Counted from the first letter of the stretch, positions 12,049 to 23,211 are shown. The stretch: DNA of 64,000 nucleotides from Burkholderiales bacterium (GCA_035626595.1 DASPNJ010000068.1:2312-66311), one strand, 5' to 3'. Notes: generated by a model from the letters alone, not told the origin. Program-made: numbers and translations.

Positions 12049-12483
12049 ATGCGTCACCGTCACGGCCTGCGCAAACTCAACCGCACGAGCAGCCATCGGC
12101 TCGCGATGCTGCGGAACATGACGTGCTCGCTCTTGAAGCACGAGATCATCAAGACGACGCTGCCCAAAGCGAAGGAGCTGCGTCGCGTGGTCGAGCCCAT
12201 CATCACGCTGGGCAAGGCGCCGTCGCTCGCGAACCGGCGGCTCGCGTTCGATCGCCTGCGCGACCGCGATATGGTGGTCAAGCTCTTCGACGAGCTCGGT
12301 CCGCGTTACGCGCAGAGGAACGGGGGGTATCTGCGCATACTCAAGTTCGGCTTCCGCAAGGGCGACAATGCGCCGATGGCGCTGGTCGAGCTCGTGGATC
12401 GGCCGGATGTCGAAACGCAGGAGGAAGGAAGCGGCGGAGCCAAAGCGCGCAAAAGCGAGCCCCAGGAGCAGGCGACCGCGTAG
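12049..12483 (+). CDS. rplQ: 50S ribosomal protein L17 (acidic/Gly C-terminal tail)
   Basis: [24 protein letters not shown]... is canonical L17. Confidence 0.97.
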   Translation: MRHRHGLRKLNRTSSHRLAMLRNMTCSLLKHEIIKTTLPKAKELRRVVEPIITLGKAPSLANRRLAFDRLRDRDMVVKLFDELGPRYAQRNGGYLRILKFGFRKGDNAPMALVELVDRPDVETQEEGSGGAKARKSEPQEQATA

Positions 12484-12614
12484 AACAAAACGCCACGCAA
12501 CAGTTCAAAGCCGGCCTGCGCCGGCGGACAACCTACGACGCGTCCGTCCGCTGCGCTTCCGGACGCAAAAAGTAGCCTACGCGCCTAGCGGCGCTCCATA
12601 GATACAATCGCGCG

Positions 12615-13310
12615 ATGCTGAACGAGCTCGAGCTCACCGGGCGCGCGCGCACCCACGTCGTACAACGCGACGACCTGCGCGCCGCGATCCACGCCGACGC
12701 GCTCGAGCCGTTCCTCGACATGAAAACGGATGCCGCGCGCGACGGGCTCGAGCTTGCGCTTACCAGCGCCTTCCGCGATTTCACCGCCCAGCAGCGGATC
12801 TGGGACATGAAATTCCGCGGCGAACGCCCGATTTACGACGAGCAGGGCAGGGAGCGCGACCGCGCCGCGCTGTCCGAAGAGGAGATCGTCGAGGCCATCC
12901 TGTGCTGGAACGCGCTGCCGGGCGCGAGCCGCCATCACTGGGGCACCGATATCGACGTGATCGATCGCGCCGCCTTGCCCGAGGCTTACCGCGTGCGGCT
13001 GACGATCGACGAGTACGAGCCCGGCGGCGTTTTCCACGCGCTGAAGGAATGGCTCGACGTGAACGCCGCACGTTACGGTTTCTTCAGGCCTTATCGGATC
13101 TTCCGCGGCGGCGTGCGGCCCGAGCCGTGGCACCTGAGCTATGCACCGGCGTCGGTCCCGGCGCTGAGCGCGATGTCGCTGGAGCTGCTGGCGGACGCCG
13201 TCGGCGCCAGCGACATCCTCGGCAAGGGCATCGTGCTCGATCGCTTGAGCCGGCTGTACGAGCGCTACGTCGCCAGCGTGGACGCGCCGGACACGCCGCT
13301 CACGGCTTAG
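12615..13310 (+). CDS. M15-family (VanY-like) D-alanyl-D-alanine carboxypeptidase family protein
   Basis: LAS-metallopeptidase motifs SAFRDFTAQQ, SRHHWGTDIDV, EPWHLSY. Confidence 0.75.
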   Translation: MLNELELTGRARTHVVQRDDLRAAIHADALEPFLDMKTDAARDGLELALTSAFRDFTAQQRIWDMKFRGERPIYDEQGRERDRAALSEEEIVEAILCWNALPGASRHHWGTDIDVIDRAALPEAYRVRLTIDEYEPGGVFHALKEWLDVNAARYGFFRPYRIFRGGVRPEPWHLSYAPASVPALSAMSLELLADAVGASDILGKGIVLDRLSRLYERYVASVDAPDTPLTA

Positions 13311-13320
13311 CACCGCCCTG

Positions 13321-14058
13321 ATGCCAGCGGTCGGCCCGATCTTTCTCTTCACCGATTTCGGCTCCGCCGACATCTACGTCGGTCAGGTCAAAGCGGTACT
13401 CCAGGCGGAGGCGCCGACGATCCCCGTCGTCGACCTTTTCAACGACGCCGCGCCTTTCGATATCGAGTCCGCGGCGCACCTGCTCGCCGCGCTCGCTCCG
13501 CGGCTCCCGCGCGGCGCTGTCACGCTGGCCGTGGTCGATCCCGGCGTCGGCAGCCCGCGCGCGCCGATCGCGTTGACCGCCGACAGCCGCTGGTTCGTCG
13601 GCCCCGATAACGGTCTCGTCTCGGTGCTGGCGGCGCGTGCGCGCGCGAGCCTCTGTTTCCCGGTCGACTGGCTGCCCGCGCCCCAGTCGGTCTCGTTTCA
13701 CGGCCGCGATCTCTTCGCGCCGGCTGCCGCGCACATCGCTCGCGGCTCGATCGAGATGCGCAGTCGCGCGCCCCGTGCGCTCGACGTCGAGCTGGGCGGC
13801 GCGGATTGCGCGCGCGTGATCTACGTCGACCACTACGGCAATGCCATGACCGGAGTGCGCGCCCGCGCGATCGACTCGGCCGCTGCCGTCAGCGTCGCCG
13901 GACGCCGGATTTCCCACGCGCGGGTTTTTTGCGCCGCCGCGCCGGGCGAGCTCTTCTGGTACGAGAACAGCCTGGGATTGCTGGAGATCGCCGCGAACGC
14001 GGCCAGCGCCGCGTCACTGCTGGGCATCGACATCGGCGAGGCGATCGCGCTCGAATGA
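13321..14058 (+). CDS. SAM hydroxide adenosyltransferase family protein (DUF62, SalL/FlA-like fold)
   Basis: FTDFGSADIYVGQVKAV, VVDPGVGS, FVGPDNGL and FHGRDLFAPAAA are hallmarks of the family. Confidence 0.75.
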   Translation: MPAVGPIFLFTDFGSADIYVGQVKAVLQAEAPTIPVVDLFNDAAPFDIESAAHLLAALAPRLPRGAVTLAVVDPGVGSPRAPIALTADSRWFVGPDNGLVSVLAARARASLCFPVDWLPAPQSVSFHGRDLFAPAAAHIARGSIEMRSRAPRALDVELGGADCARVIYVDHYGNAMTGVRARAIDSAAAVSVAGRRISHARVFCAAAPGELFWYENSLGLLEIAANAASAASLLGIDIGEAIALE

Positions 14059-14594
14059 TCTACACGATCGGGCACGGCAACCGGCCGCTCGAGGAGCTGG
14101 TCGCGCTGCTGCGGCGCTTCGGCGTGAGGTGCCTGATCGACGTGCGCGCGTTTCCGGGCTCGCGGCGGCATCCGCATTTCGGGCGCGGAGAGCTCGAGCG
14201 TTCGCTCCCGGCGGCGGGCATCTCCTACGTGTGGGAAGGCGCGGCGCTCGGCGGCCGCCGCAGACCGCGCGCCGATTCGCCGCATGTAGCGCTGCGCAAT
14301 GCGAGCTTCCGGGCGTATGCCGACCACATGGAAAGCACCGAGTTCGCCGCTGGTGCGGCCCGCGTCGTCGATCGCGGCGAGCACGGCGCCGTCGCGATCA
14401 TGTGCGCGGAGCGGCTACCGTGGCAGTGCCACCGTTACATGATCTCGGATTACCTCGTGACTCATGGCCACGAAGTGCGTCACGTAATCGACGAGAAGCC
14501 GCCGAAAGGCCATGCGGTACGCGCGGAAGCGCGGCTGGCGCACGGACGGCTCGTCTACGACGCGAACACCCAGGACGATCTCGACCTGCCGTGA
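14055..14594 (+). CDS. DUF488 family protein
   Basis: Internal ATG at 14055 overlaps the upstream stop (ATGA). MIYTIGHGNRPLEELVALLRRFGV..CLIDVR and the CAERLPWQCHR motif are typical of DUF488. Confidence 0.7.
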   Translation: MIYTIGHGNRPLEELVALLRRFGVRCLIDVRAFPGSRRHPHFGRGELERSLPAAGISYVWEGAALGGRRRPRADSPHVALRNASFRAYADHMESTEFAAGAARVVDRGEHGAVAIMCAERLPWQCHRYMISDYLVTHGHEVRHVIDEKPPKGHAVRAEARLAHGRLVYDANTQDDLDLP

Positions 14595-14601
14595 GCCGCC
14601 G

Positions 14602-15774
14602 CTAGCCGGTGTGCCGCGGCCGCGCGAGCGGCAGCCGCACCGTGAACTCGCTGCCGCGTCCGGGGCCTTCGCTTTTGACCTGGACCGAGCCGCCGTGGAG
14701 CTCCACGAGGTTCTTCACGAGCGACAGTCCGATGCCGAGGCCGCCGCCGGCCCGCTCCATGTTCGTCGCGACCTGCGTGAAGAGCTCGAAGATGTGCGGC
14801 TGCATTTCCTTCGGGATGCCGAGTCCGTTGTCCATCACGTGCACGAGCGCTTCGTCCTGCTCCATGCTCGCGCGCACTTCGATCGATCCGCCTTCGGGCG
14901 TGTACTTGGCGGCGTTCGTAAGCAGGTTCACGAAGACCTGCTCGAGGCGTCCCGCGTCGGCCTTGACGATGATCGGCACGGCCAGCAGGTGCTGCGCGAG
15001 GCGATGGCTGCGCTCGTCGATCAGCGGCCGCGTCATGTCGACTGCGCGGGCGATCACCTCGCGAACGTCGAGCGGCTGCAGATCGATCTGGATCTTGCCC
15101 GCGCTGATGCGTGTGACATCGAGGAGATCGTCGACCAGGCGCCGGATGAACTCGACCTGCCGCTCGATGAGCTTGATCGGGTATTGAAGGGCGGCCGCCT
15201 CCGGTGCGGTCATGCGAATCAGCTGCAGCGCGTTCACGAGCGGCGCGAGCGGATTGCGGAGCTCGTGCGAAAGCGTCGAGAGAAAAATGTTCTTGTGCTC
15301 GTCGGCTTGCACGAGCGCGTCCGCGCGCCGGCGCAGCGTCTCGAGCTGCTCCTTCACGTCGGTGCGGTTGCGCAGCGTCTTGCCGAAGCCGGCGACCTCG
15401 CCGGCGTCGTCACGCAGCGCGGTGGTGGAGCCCATTGCCCAGAAGCGCGAGCCGTCCGCCCGCATGAGCCAGCGGTCATTGCTCATGTCGGCGCTCCGGC
15501 TCGCGACGTGCAGCTCGTAATCGGGCACGCCTTCCTGCACGTCCTCCGGTGTGAAGAGGCGGTGCACCGCCTGGCCGATGAGATCCTCTGCCGGATAACC
15601 GAAGATGCGCGCGGCCGTCGGATTGCACCACACGATCGTGCCCCGCCTGTCGAGGAGCAGCGTCGCCTGGTCGGTCGTATGCTCCGCCTGAAGGCGCAGC
15701 AGCGTGTTGACGTCGATGGCAGCCATGATGTGCAGGAACGGGGATGCACACGTTTCAGGCCCGGCGCTTCGCAT
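14602..15774 (-). CDS. PAS-domain sensor histidine kinase (cytoplasmic, orphan)
   Basis: A PAS block (GTIVWCNPTAARIFGYPAEDLIGQAV), H-box SHELRNPLAPL, and N/G boxes (NLLTNAAKYTP, DNGLGI, GGLGIGLSL) are present. The start is uncertain: in-frame Met codons at 15864, 15774 and 15726. The 15864 start would overlap the upstream gene. Confidence 0.8.
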   Translation of the reverse strand: MRSAGPETCASPFLHIMAAIDVNTLLRLQAEHTTDQATLLLDRRGTIVWCNPTAARIFGYPAEDLIGQAVHRLFTPEDVQEGVPDYELHVASRSADMSNDRWLMRADGSRFWAMGSTTALRDDAGEVAGFGKTLRNRTDVKEQLETLRRRADALVQADEHKNIFLSTLSHELRNPLAPLVNALQLIRMTAPEAAALQYPIKLIERQVEFIRRLVDDLLDVTRISAGKIQIDLQPLDVREVIARAVDMTRPLIDERSHRLAQHLLAVPIIVKADAGRLEQVFVNLLTNAAKYTPEGGSIEVRASMEQDEALVHVMDNGLGIPKEMQPHIFELFTQVATNMERAGGGLGIGLSLVKNLVELHGGSVQVKSEGPGRGSEFTVRLPLARPRHTG

Positions 15775-15841
15775 GTCGAAAACCGGTGTGCATCCGCGGT
15801 TTCCGGCAAGTGCAAGATTCAGACCTCGTGCAGGCGCGGAG

Positions 15842-16942
15842 TCACTGCAGCACCCACTTGCCACCGCGAACGCTGAAGACGGAGAGCTGCGGGTTTTTCA
15901 GATCCCCGTTCGCTTCGAACTCGATATCGGCGGTAACGCCGGGGTGCCGGATGCGTGCGAGGACCGGCAGGTACTTCGCAGGGTCGGAGGAGTCCGCCTT
16001 TTCCATAGCCGCCGCGAGCACCATCACGGCGTCATAGAAGTACGGTGCGTACAGGCCGATCTCCTGCTTCCAGCGGGCGCGGTACGCTCGGTCGAACGCG
16101 GGACCGTTCGGCCGCCTGGACAGCGCCGCGCCGGGGGTCGACGCGATGTGACCTTCGGCGGCGGGGCCCGCAAGCTCCAGGAACTTAGCGGTGTTGATCG
16201 TTTCGCCGCCGAGCAGCACCGCCTTCACGCCCAGCTCGCGCATCTGCCGCGCGAGCGGACCGGCCTGCGCGTCGTACCCGGCGAAGAAGATCGCCTGCGG
16301 CTCCGCGGCTTTGAGGAGCGTCACCACGGCGCGGAAATCGAAATCCTTGTCGCTCACGTATTCACGTTTGGCGATGCTGCCGCCGGCCGCTTTCACCGCG
16401 GAGGCGAACGCGTCGGCCAGACCCTGACCGTAGGCGGTGCGGTCGTCGACCACCGCGATGCGCTTCAAGCCGAGCCGCCGCACGGCGTACTCGCCCAGCG
16501 TGGCGCCCTGCTTGTCGTCGTCGGCCATGACGCGAAAGGCCGTGCGGTAGCCCTGGCGTGTGTACCTGGGATTGGTCGAGACCGAGATCTGCGGAATGCC
16601 CGCGTCGTGGTAGATCGTGGAGGCCGGTATGGTGACGCCCGAGTTGAAGTGCCCCACCATGCCCCGAATCCCGCGGTCCACCAGACGCTGTGCGACCAGC
16701 GTGCCGGTTTTGGGATCCGCCTGATCGTCTTCGACGACCAGCTCGAACCTGAGCTTGCTGCCGCGGCGCGCGTTCAGCTCCTCCACGGCCATCTGCGCGC
16801 CGTTGCGATTGTCGATCCCGTAATGCGCCTGCGGACCGGTGAGCGGTGAAGCGAATCCGATGCGTACCGATGGCGCGCGTTGCGCCAGCGCGTCGGCGCC
16901 GACCAAACCGAACAGGAACAGACCGATCGCTAGCGCGCGCAT
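15842..16942 (-). CDS. branched-chain amino acid ABC transporter substrate-binding protein (LivK/LivJ family)
   Basis: Signal peptide followed by IGFASPLTGPQAHYGIDNRNGAQMAVEELN..., the type-I periplasmic binding protein pattern. Confidence 0.8.
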   Translation of the reverse strand: MRALAIGLFLFGLVGADALAQRAPSVRIGFASPLTGPQAHYGIDNRNGAQMAVEELNARRGSKLRFELVVEDDQADPKTGTLVAQRLVDRGIRGMVGHFNSGVTIPASTIYHDAGIPQISVSTNPRYTRQGYRTAFRVMADDDKQGATLGEYAVRRLGLKRIAVVDDRTAYGQGLADAFASAVKAAGGSIAKREYVSDKDFDFRAVVTLLKAAEPQAIFFAGYDAQAGPLARQMRELGVKAVLLGGETINTAKFLELAGPAAEGHIASTPGAALSRRPNGPAFDRAYRARWKQEIGLYAPYFYDAVMVLAAAMEKADSSDPAKYLPVLARIRHPGVTADIEFEANGDLKNPQLSVFSVRGGKWVLQ

Positions 16943-16981
16943 CGAAAAATCATAGCATCGGACGCCGCACTGGACGCCGCG

Positions 16982-18262
16982 TCAGGTAATCAGGATCGCG
17001 CGATAGTCGTTCACGTTGGTGCGCGTCGGGCCGGTGACGACGAGCGAGCCAAGCGCCGAGAAGAAGGCGTAAGCATCGTTGTCGGCGAGTAGCGCGTCGG
17101 GCCGCAGTTTCTTTGCCGCGGCACGCTTCAGCGCGTCGGGCGCGAGGGTCGCACCGGCGTTGTCCTCCGAGCCGTCGATGCCGTCGGTATCGCACGCGAG
17201 CGCGTGTATGCGTTCGGCGCCGGCGAGATCGATCGCGAGCGAGAGCAGGAACTCGGCGCACCGGCCGCCGCGTCCTTCGCCGCGCACCGTCACCGTGCAC
17301 TCGCCGCCTGACAGCAGCGCCACCGGCGCCGGCCATGGCTTACCGTGCGTGCGGACTTCGCGCGCGAGCGCACCGTAGACCTTGGCTACCTCGCGCGCTT
17401 CGCCCGTCACCGAATCACCGAGGATCACGGGCTGGACGCCGTGATGCCGGAAGAAATCGGCCGCGGCCTGGAGCGAGTCGTGGGCCCGCGCGATGACGCG
17501 ATTCTCGACGCGCTGGAACAGCCGCTCGCCGGGCTTCGGTGTCTCGGGCAGCTCGCCGCGCGTCCCGCGCTCGAGGTGGGCTTGCACGGCCGGCGGCGTG
17601 CGCACTTCGTAGCGGTTCAGGATATCGATCGCGTCGCGGTAGGTCGTCGGGTCCGGTGCGCACGGGCCCGACGCTATGTGAGTGGGATCGTCGCCGGTCA
17701 CGTCCGAGACGATCAGCGCGAGCACGCGCGCGCGCGTCGCGGCTGCCAGCCGCCCGCCCTGTATCGCGGACAGGTGCTTGCGCACCGTGTTCATCTCCTG
17801 GATCGGCGCGCCGGAGCGCAGCAGCTCGCGGGTGGTCGCGCTCAGATCCGCCGTGGTCAGTCCCTCTGCCGGCAGCGTGAGCAGGCTCGAGCCGCCGCCG
17901 GACAGCAGCACCAGCATGAGATCGTCGCGCGTGAGCGCTTTTGCGCGCCGCAGAATCTCGTGCGCGGCTTTCTCGCCGGCCTCGTCGGGCACCGGATGCC
18001 CGGCTTCGACCACCGTCACGCGATTGGTGAGTAGCCCATGCTGGTAGCGCGTGACGACGAGGCCCTCGAGCGGGGTGTCGGCGGGCATGCCCTGCTCGAC
18101 GGCGAGCGCCATCGCTGCGGCCGCCTTGCCGGCGCCGACGACGAGCACGCGGCCGTTGTGTTGGTCCGGTAGCTTCGGCAGGTGCGCCGGTACGCGTTTC
18201 AGCGGATCCGCGGCGGCGAGGGCGGCTTCGAAGCTGCCGAGCAGGAGCTCGCGGGGCGACAT
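16982..18262 (-). CDS. glycerate 2-kinase / hydroxypyruvate reductase-type (DUF4147 + MOFRL)
   Basis: VLVVGAGKAAAAMA, LLSGGGSSLL, DTDGIDG and GPTRTNVND motifs match the TtuD/GckA family. Confidence 0.75.
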   Translation of the reverse strand: MSPRELLLGSFEAALAAADPLKRVPAHLPKLPDQHNGRVLVVGAGKAAAAMALAVEQGMPADTPLEGLVVTRYQHGLLTNRVTVVEAGHPVPDEAGEKAAHEILRRAKALTRDDLMLVLLSGGGSSLLTLPAEGLTTADLSATTRELLRSGAPIQEMNTVRKHLSAIQGGRLAAATRARVLALIVSDVTGDDPTHIASGPCAPDPTTYRDAIDILNRYEVRTPPAVQAHLERGTRGELPETPKPGERLFQRVENRVIARAHDSLQAAADFFRHHGVQPVILGDSVTGEAREVAKVYGALAREVRTHGKPWPAPVALLSGGECTVTVRGEGRGGRCAEFLLSLAIDLAGAERIHALACDTDGIDGSEDNAGATLAPDALKRAAAKKLRPDALLADNDAYAFFSALGSLVVTGPTRTNVNDYRAILIT

Positions 18263-18306
18263 TCAGCCAGCGCGCGAATGCGGGAACGGGTGCACGAGCG
18301 TGCCTT

Positions 18307-21270
18307 TCACTGCAGCACTTCTTTCAGGTAGCCGCCGGTGTGGCTCTCGGCGCACCGTGCGACGTCCTCCGGCGTGCCTTCTACGACCACCCGGCCGCCG
18401 GCGCCACCGCCCTCGGGTCCGAGGTCGATCACCCAGTCGGCGGTCTTGATCACGTCGAGGTTGTGCTCGATCACGACGATCGTATTGCCGTGATCGCGCA
18501 GCCGGTGGAGCACGCGCAGCAGCAGGTCGGTGTCGTGGAAATGAAGCCCGGTCGTCGGCTCGTCCAGAATGTAGAGCGTGCGCCCGGTGTCGCGCTTGGA
18601 GAGCTCGAGCGCGAGCTTCACGCGCTGGGCCTCGCCGCCCGAGAGGGTGATGGCGCTCTGACCGAGCGTGATGTAGCCAAGCCCGACGTCGAGCAGCGTC
18701 TGGAGCTTGCGCGCGAGCACCGGCACGGCGCTGAAGAACTCGGTCGCCTGCTCGACCGTCATTTCCAGCACCTCGTGGATGTTGCGGCCCTTGTATTCGA
18801 TCTCGAGCGTCTCGCGGTTGTACCGTGCGCCGTGGCAGACATCGCACGGCACGTAGATGTCCGGCAGGAAGTGCATCTCGACTTTGAGCATGCCGTCGCC
18901 CTGGCAGGCTTCGCACCGGCCGCCTTTCACGTTGAACGAGAAGCGGCCGGCGCCGTAGCCGCGCTCGCGCGCCGCAGGCACACCGGCGAAAAGGTCGCGT
19001 ATCGGCGTGAAAAGCCCGGTGTAGGTCGCCGGGTTCGATCGCGGCGTGCGGCCAATCGGGCTCTGGTCGACGTTCACCACCTTGTCGATGAGCTCCAAGC
19101 CGGCGATCGATTCATGGGGTGCCGGCTCGGTGGAGCTTCCGTAGAGCTGGCGCGCCACGGTGTTGTATAGCGTGTCATTCACGAGTGTCGATTTGCCCGA
19201 GCCCGACACGCCGGTCACGCAGACGAAGAGTCCGACCGGGATGTTGACGGTCACGTCTTTCAGGTTGTTGCCCTTCGCGCCGACGATCGAAAGCTGCCGC
19301 TTCGGATTCACGCGATGGCGCAGGCCCGGAAGCTCGATGCGGCGCCGGCCGCTCAAGTACTGGCCTGTCAGCGATTCCGCGTGCGCGCTGATCTCCTGCG
19401 GCGTGCCCTCGGCGACGACGCGGCCGCCGTGCTCGCCGGCACCCAGGCCCATATCGATGACATGGTCGGCGCTCATGATCGCTTCCTCATCGTGCTCGAC
19501 CACGATCACGGAGTTGCCGATGTCGCGCAGGCGCCTCAACGTATCGAGGAGCCGGCTGTTGTCGCGCTGATGCAGTCCGATCGAAGGCTCGTCCAGCACG
19601 TACATGACGCCGGTCAGGCCCGAGCCGATCTGGCTCGCGAGCCGGATGCGCTGCGCTTCGCCGCCGGAGAGCGTATCGGCCGAGCGGTCCAGCGACAGAT
19701 ATTCGAGTCCGACGTTCACGAGAAACTGCAGGCGGTTCAGTATCTCGCGCACGATTTTTTCCGCGATCGCCTGCTTCACGCCGGGCAGCGTGAGGCGACC
19801 GAAGAACTCGATCGCATCCGACAACGGCAGCGCCGAAAGCTCGTAAATCGGCCGCTCCGCGACTTTCACGTTGCGCGCCGAGGTGCGCAACCGCGTGCCG
19901 CCGCATTCGGGGCACGATTGGGCGTTGAGATATTTCGCGAGCTCCTCGCGCACCACGGCCGAGTCGGTCTCGCGGTAGCGCCGCTCGAGATTCGGCAGCA
20001 CGCCCTCGAACGGATGCTCGCGAAAGTGTTTGTTTCCGCGCTCCCCGACGTACAGGAAGCGGATCTTGTCGCGCCCGGAGCCGTGAAGGATCGCCTGCTG
20101 CACGGCTTCCGGCAGCTCGCCGAATGGACGCTCGAGGTCGAAGCCGTAGTGCGTCGCGAGGCCCTGCAGCATCTGGAAGTAGAACTGATTGCGTCTGTCC
20201 CACCCCTTGATCGCGCCGGACGCGAGTGAGAGCTCCGGAAAGGCGACGACGCGCTTCGGATCGAAGAAGCTGATCGTGCCCAGACCATCGCAGCGCGCGC
20301 AGGCGCCCAGCGGGTTGTTGAACGAGAACAGCCGCGGCTCGAGCTCGGGCAGCGAGTAGCTGCAGATCGGGCACGCGAACTTGGCCGAAAAAAGATGCTC
20401 GCGGTCAGTGTCCATCTCGACCGCAAGCGCGCGGCCGTCGGCGTGGCGCAGCGCCGTTTCGAATGATTCGGCCAGCCGCTGCTTTGCGTCGGCGCGGATC
20501 TTCAGCCGGTCGACGACGACTTCCACCGTGTGCTTCACGCTTTTCTTGAGCTTCGGCAGCTCGTCGAGCTCGTAGACCGTACCGTCCACACGTATGCGCA
20601 CGAAGCCCTGCGCGCGCAGCTCCTCGAAGAGATCCGCCTGCTCGCCCTTGCGCCCGACGATCAGCGGCGCGAGCACCATGAGCCGCGTGTCCTCCGGCAG
20701 CGTGAGCACGTGATCGACCATCTGGGAGACGCTTTGCGCGGTGAGCAGGATCTGGTGCTCCGGGCAGTACGGGTCGCCGATGCGCGCATACAGCAGCCGC
20801 AGATAGTCGTGGATCTCGGTGATCGTGCCGACGGTGGAGCGCGGATTGTGGCTCGCGGCTTTCTGCTCGATCGAGATGGCAGGGGAAAGCCCCTCGATCA
20901 GGTCGACGTCGGGTTTCTCCATGAGCTGCAGGAACTGCCGCGCGTACGCCGACAGCGATTCGACGTATCGGCGCTGACCTTCGGCGTACAGCGTGTCGAA
21001 TGCGAGCGAAGACTTGCCCGATCCGGAGAGACCGGTGATCACGACCAGCCGGTTGCGCGGCAGGTCGACGTTGACGTTCTTGAGGTTGTGCGTGCGAGCG
21101 CCGCGTATGCGGATCAGACCGTCGGTGCCGCTTCCCGCACTCGTATCACCGCCGGTCGCGGCACTCGCGGCGCCGCCTGTTCCCGCACCTGTGTCGCCGT
21201 CGCGATCACGATCGCTGCCGCGCGCGCGCGAACCGGTCAGCGGAACGAGGGAAGGTCGGCTTAACGTCAT
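18307..21270 (-). CDS. uvrA: excinuclease ABC subunit A (with ~55-aa low-complexity N-terminal extension)
   Basis: [49 protein letters not shown], zinc-finger Cys clusters and two ABC modules. Colinear with E. coli UvrA. Confidence 0.96.
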   Translation of the reverse strand: MTLSRPSLVPLTGSRARGSDRDRDGDTGAGTGGAASAATGGDTSAGSGTDGLIRIRGARTHNLKNVNVDLPRNRLVVITGLSGSGKSSLAFDTLYAEGQRRYVESLSAYARQFLQLMEKPDVDLIEGLSPAISIEQKAASHNPRSTVGTITEIHDYLRLLYARIGDPYCPEHQILLTAQSVSQMVDHVLTLPEDTRLMVLAPLIVGRKGEQADLFEELRAQGFVRIRVDGTVYELDELPKLKKSVKHTVEVVVDRLKIRADAKQRLAESFETALRHADGRALAVEMDTDREHLFSAKFACPICSYSLPELEPRLFSFNNPLGACARCDGLGTISFFDPKRVVAFPELSLASGAIKGWDRRNQFYFQMLQGLATHYGFDLERPFGELPEAVQQAILHGSGRDKIRFLYVGERGNKHFREHPFEGVLPNLERRYRETDSAVVREELAKYLNAQSCPECGGTRLRTSARNVKVAERPIYELSALPLSDAIEFFGRLTLPGVKQAIAEKIVREILNRLQFLVNVGLEYLSLDRSADTLSGGEAQRIRLASQIGSGLTGVMYVLDEPSIGLHQRDNSRLLDTLRRLRDIGNSVIVVEHDEEAIMSADHVIDMGLGAGEHGGRVVAEGTPQEISAHAESLTGQYLSGRRRIELPGLRHRVNPKRQLSIVGAKGNNLKDVTVNIPVGLFVCVTGVSGSGKSTLVNDTLYNTVARQLYGSSTEPAPHESIAGLELIDKVVNVDQSPIGRTPRSNPATYTGLFTPIRDLFAGVPAARERGYGAGRFSFNVKGGRCEACQGDGMLKVEMHFLPDIYVPCDVCHGARYNRETLEIEYKGRNIHEVLEMTVEQATEFFSAVPVLARKLQTLLDVGLGYITLGQSAITLSGGEAQRVKLALELSKRDTGRTLYILDEPTTGLHFHDTDLLLRVLHRLRDHGNTIVVIEHNLDVIKTADWVIDLGPEGGGAGGRVVVEGTPEDVARCAESHTGGYLKEVLQ

Positions 21271-21345
21271 CGGGAGACAAGGGCAAACCTGCTAATATAC
21301 CGAAGACCTCCTCGCATTCCCATTCGTTCCAAACCCCGCAGCACG

Positions 21346-22752
21346 ATGTCCGCGCGCGACCGCATGAGTCCCGTTGAGCTTCGCGCGAGCGTGAGCCTTG
21401 CCGCGATCTTCGGGCTGCGCCTGCTGGGGATGTTCATCATCCTGCCGGTGTTCGCGATCTACGCGGAGCAGCTGCCCGGCGGCCACGATCTCACGCTCGT
21501 CGGCATCGCAATCGGCGCGTACGGCCTCACGCAGGCGGCGCTCCAGATCCCCTTCGGCTGGTGGTCCGACCGCTACGGGCGCAAGCCCGTGATCTACGTG
21601 GGGCTCGCGATCTTCGCCGCCGGCAGCTTCATCGCAGCCGCGGCAGCGAGCATCTACCTCGTGATCGTCGGGCGCGTGCTGCAGGGCGCGGGCGCAATCT
21701 CGGCGGCGGTGATGGCAATGGCCGCGGATTTGACGCGCGAAGAGCATCGCACGAAGGCGATGGCGATGATCGGCTCGACGATCGGGCTCGCGTTCGCGTT
21801 TTCGCTCGTCGCGAGCCCATGGTTGGCCGGTCTCATCGGCGTCCCGGGTCTGTTCGCCATGACCGGCGCGCTCGCGCTCGCTGCAATGCTGGTGGTGTGG
21901 CGTGTCGTCCCGGACATCGAAGAGACGCGGCGCCCGAGCCGCGGCAGCGCGCTGCGCGAGTTCTGGCATGCCTTGTCCGATCCTCAGCTTGCCCGGCTCA
22001 ACTACGGGATCTTCGTGCTGCACGCGGTGCTGATGTCGCTTTTCATCGTCGTGCCGTTCTCGCTGCGCGACGCCGGCCTGCCGCTGCCGGGACACTGGAA
22101 GGTTTATCTGCCCGCGATGCTCGGCTCGTTCGTGCTCATGCTGCCTGCGGTCCTGGGCCGATCGAGCGCGCAGCGCCTGAAACCAGTCTTCATCGGATCG
22201 ATCGCGGTGCTACTCGCCGCGCACCTCGCGCTCCCGTGGCTTGCCGGCGGCGTCGCCTCGCTCACGCTGTTCCTGCTTTTCTTTTTCACGCCGTTCAACG
22301 TGCTCGAGGCGATGCTGCCTTCGCTCACCTCCCGGCTCGCGCCCGCGCACAGCAAAGGTATCGCAATCGGCCTTTACAGTAGCGTGCAGTTCTTCGGCAC
22401 TTTTTTCGGCGCCGCCGCCGGCGGATTCCTGTACGAACACTGGGGTACGACCAGCGTCGTAATCGCAAACGCGGCGCTGCTCGTTATCTGGATCATCGCC
22501 GCTGCAGGCATGCGCCCGCAGGGGGTGCTCAGCCTGCGCACGTACAGCGTGCCGCCGCTCGACGCGCAGCAGGCGCAGCGTCTCGCCGCGCGCTTGCAGG
22601 CGCTTGCGGGCGTGCGCGAAGCGCGCGTCATCGCAGAGGAGAGGACGGCATCTCTCATGGTGGACAGCACCGCCTTTGACGAACACAATGTGCTTCAAGC
22701 TATAGCATCGCAAGGAGAGCTCACATGGCCTCAGTCAACAAAGTCATCCTGA
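21346..22752 (+). CDS. MFS transporter with C-terminal soluble domain
   Basis: 12-TM-like hydrophobic pattern with the MFS loop motif [12 protein letters not shown]. Divergent from uvrA and upstream of ssb. Confidence 0.8.
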   Translation: MSARDRMSPVELRASVSLAAIFGLRLLGMFIILPVFAIYAEQLPGGHDLTLVGIAIGAYGLTQAALQIPFGWWSDRYGRKPVIYVGLAIFAAGSFIAAAAASIYLVIVGRVLQGAGAISAAVMAMAADLTREEHRTKAMAMIGSTIGLAFAFSLVASPWLAGLIGVPGLFAMTGALALAAMLVVWRVVPDIEETRRPSRGSALREFWHALSDPQLARLNYGIFVLHAVLMSLFIVVPFSLRDAGLPLPGHWKVYLPAMLGSFVLMLPAVLGRSSAQRLKPVFIGSIAVLLAAHLALPWLAGGVASLTLFLLFFFTPFNVLEAMLPSLTSRLAPAHSKGIAIGLYSSVQFFGTFFGAAAGGFLYEHWGTTSVVIANAALLVIWIIAAAGMRPQGVLSLRTYSVPPLDAQQAQRLAARLQALAGVREARVIAEERTASLMVDSTAFDEHNVLQAIASQGELTWPQSTKSS

Positions 22753-23177
22753 TCGGCAACCTGGGCGCCGATCCGGAAACGCGCTATCTGCCGAGCGGCG
22801 ATGCGGTCACCAATATCCGCATCGCGACGACCGATACCTGGAAGGACAAGAACGGCGAGAAGCAGGAGCACACCGAATGGCACCGCGTCGCCTTTTTCGG
22901 CAAGACGGCGGAGATCGCGGGCGAGTACCTCAAGAAAGGCTCGCCGGTATACGTCGAAGGCCGCATCCGCACGCGTAAGTGGCAGGACAAGGAAGGGCAG
23001 GAGCGCTATTCGACCGAGATCGTCGCGGATCGCATGCAGCTTCTCGGCGGGCGACAGAGCGGCGGCGCCGAACCGATGACGCGCGAGCCGGCGGCAGCCA
23101 GCGCCGGTAGCGCGAAACCCGCGCAACGCAAAGGCGGCGGTGCGTTCGACGAGATGGACGACGACATTCCTTTCTAG
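22725..23177 (+). CDS. ssb: single-stranded DNA-binding protein
   Basis: [39 protein letters not shown]-fold, Gly-rich linker, C-terminal DDDIPF tip. Confidence 0.96.
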   Translation: MASVNKVILIGNLGADPETRYLPSGDAVTNIRIATTDTWKDKNGEKQEHTEWHRVAFFGKTAEIAGEYLKKGSPVYVEGRIRTRKWQDKEGQERYSTEIVADRMQLLGGRQSGGAEPMTREPAAASAGSAKPAQRKGGGAFDEMDDDIPF

Positions 23178-23211
23178 TGCCGGCTATCGCGGACACTAAA
23201 GAAACCTCATT

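Noticed and set aside
14512-16849. Plus-strand ORFs 14512-15876 (454 aa) and 15704-16849 (381 aa).
   Set aside because: They are antisense to the PAS histidine kinase and the LivK-like binding protein, both of which carry clear family motifs. No motifs occur in the plus-strand products.
21271-21345. Expected LexA/SOS box in the uvrA-MFS-ssb control region.
   Set aside because: No CTGT-N8-ACAG-type palindrome is present by eye, so no SOS operator is called.
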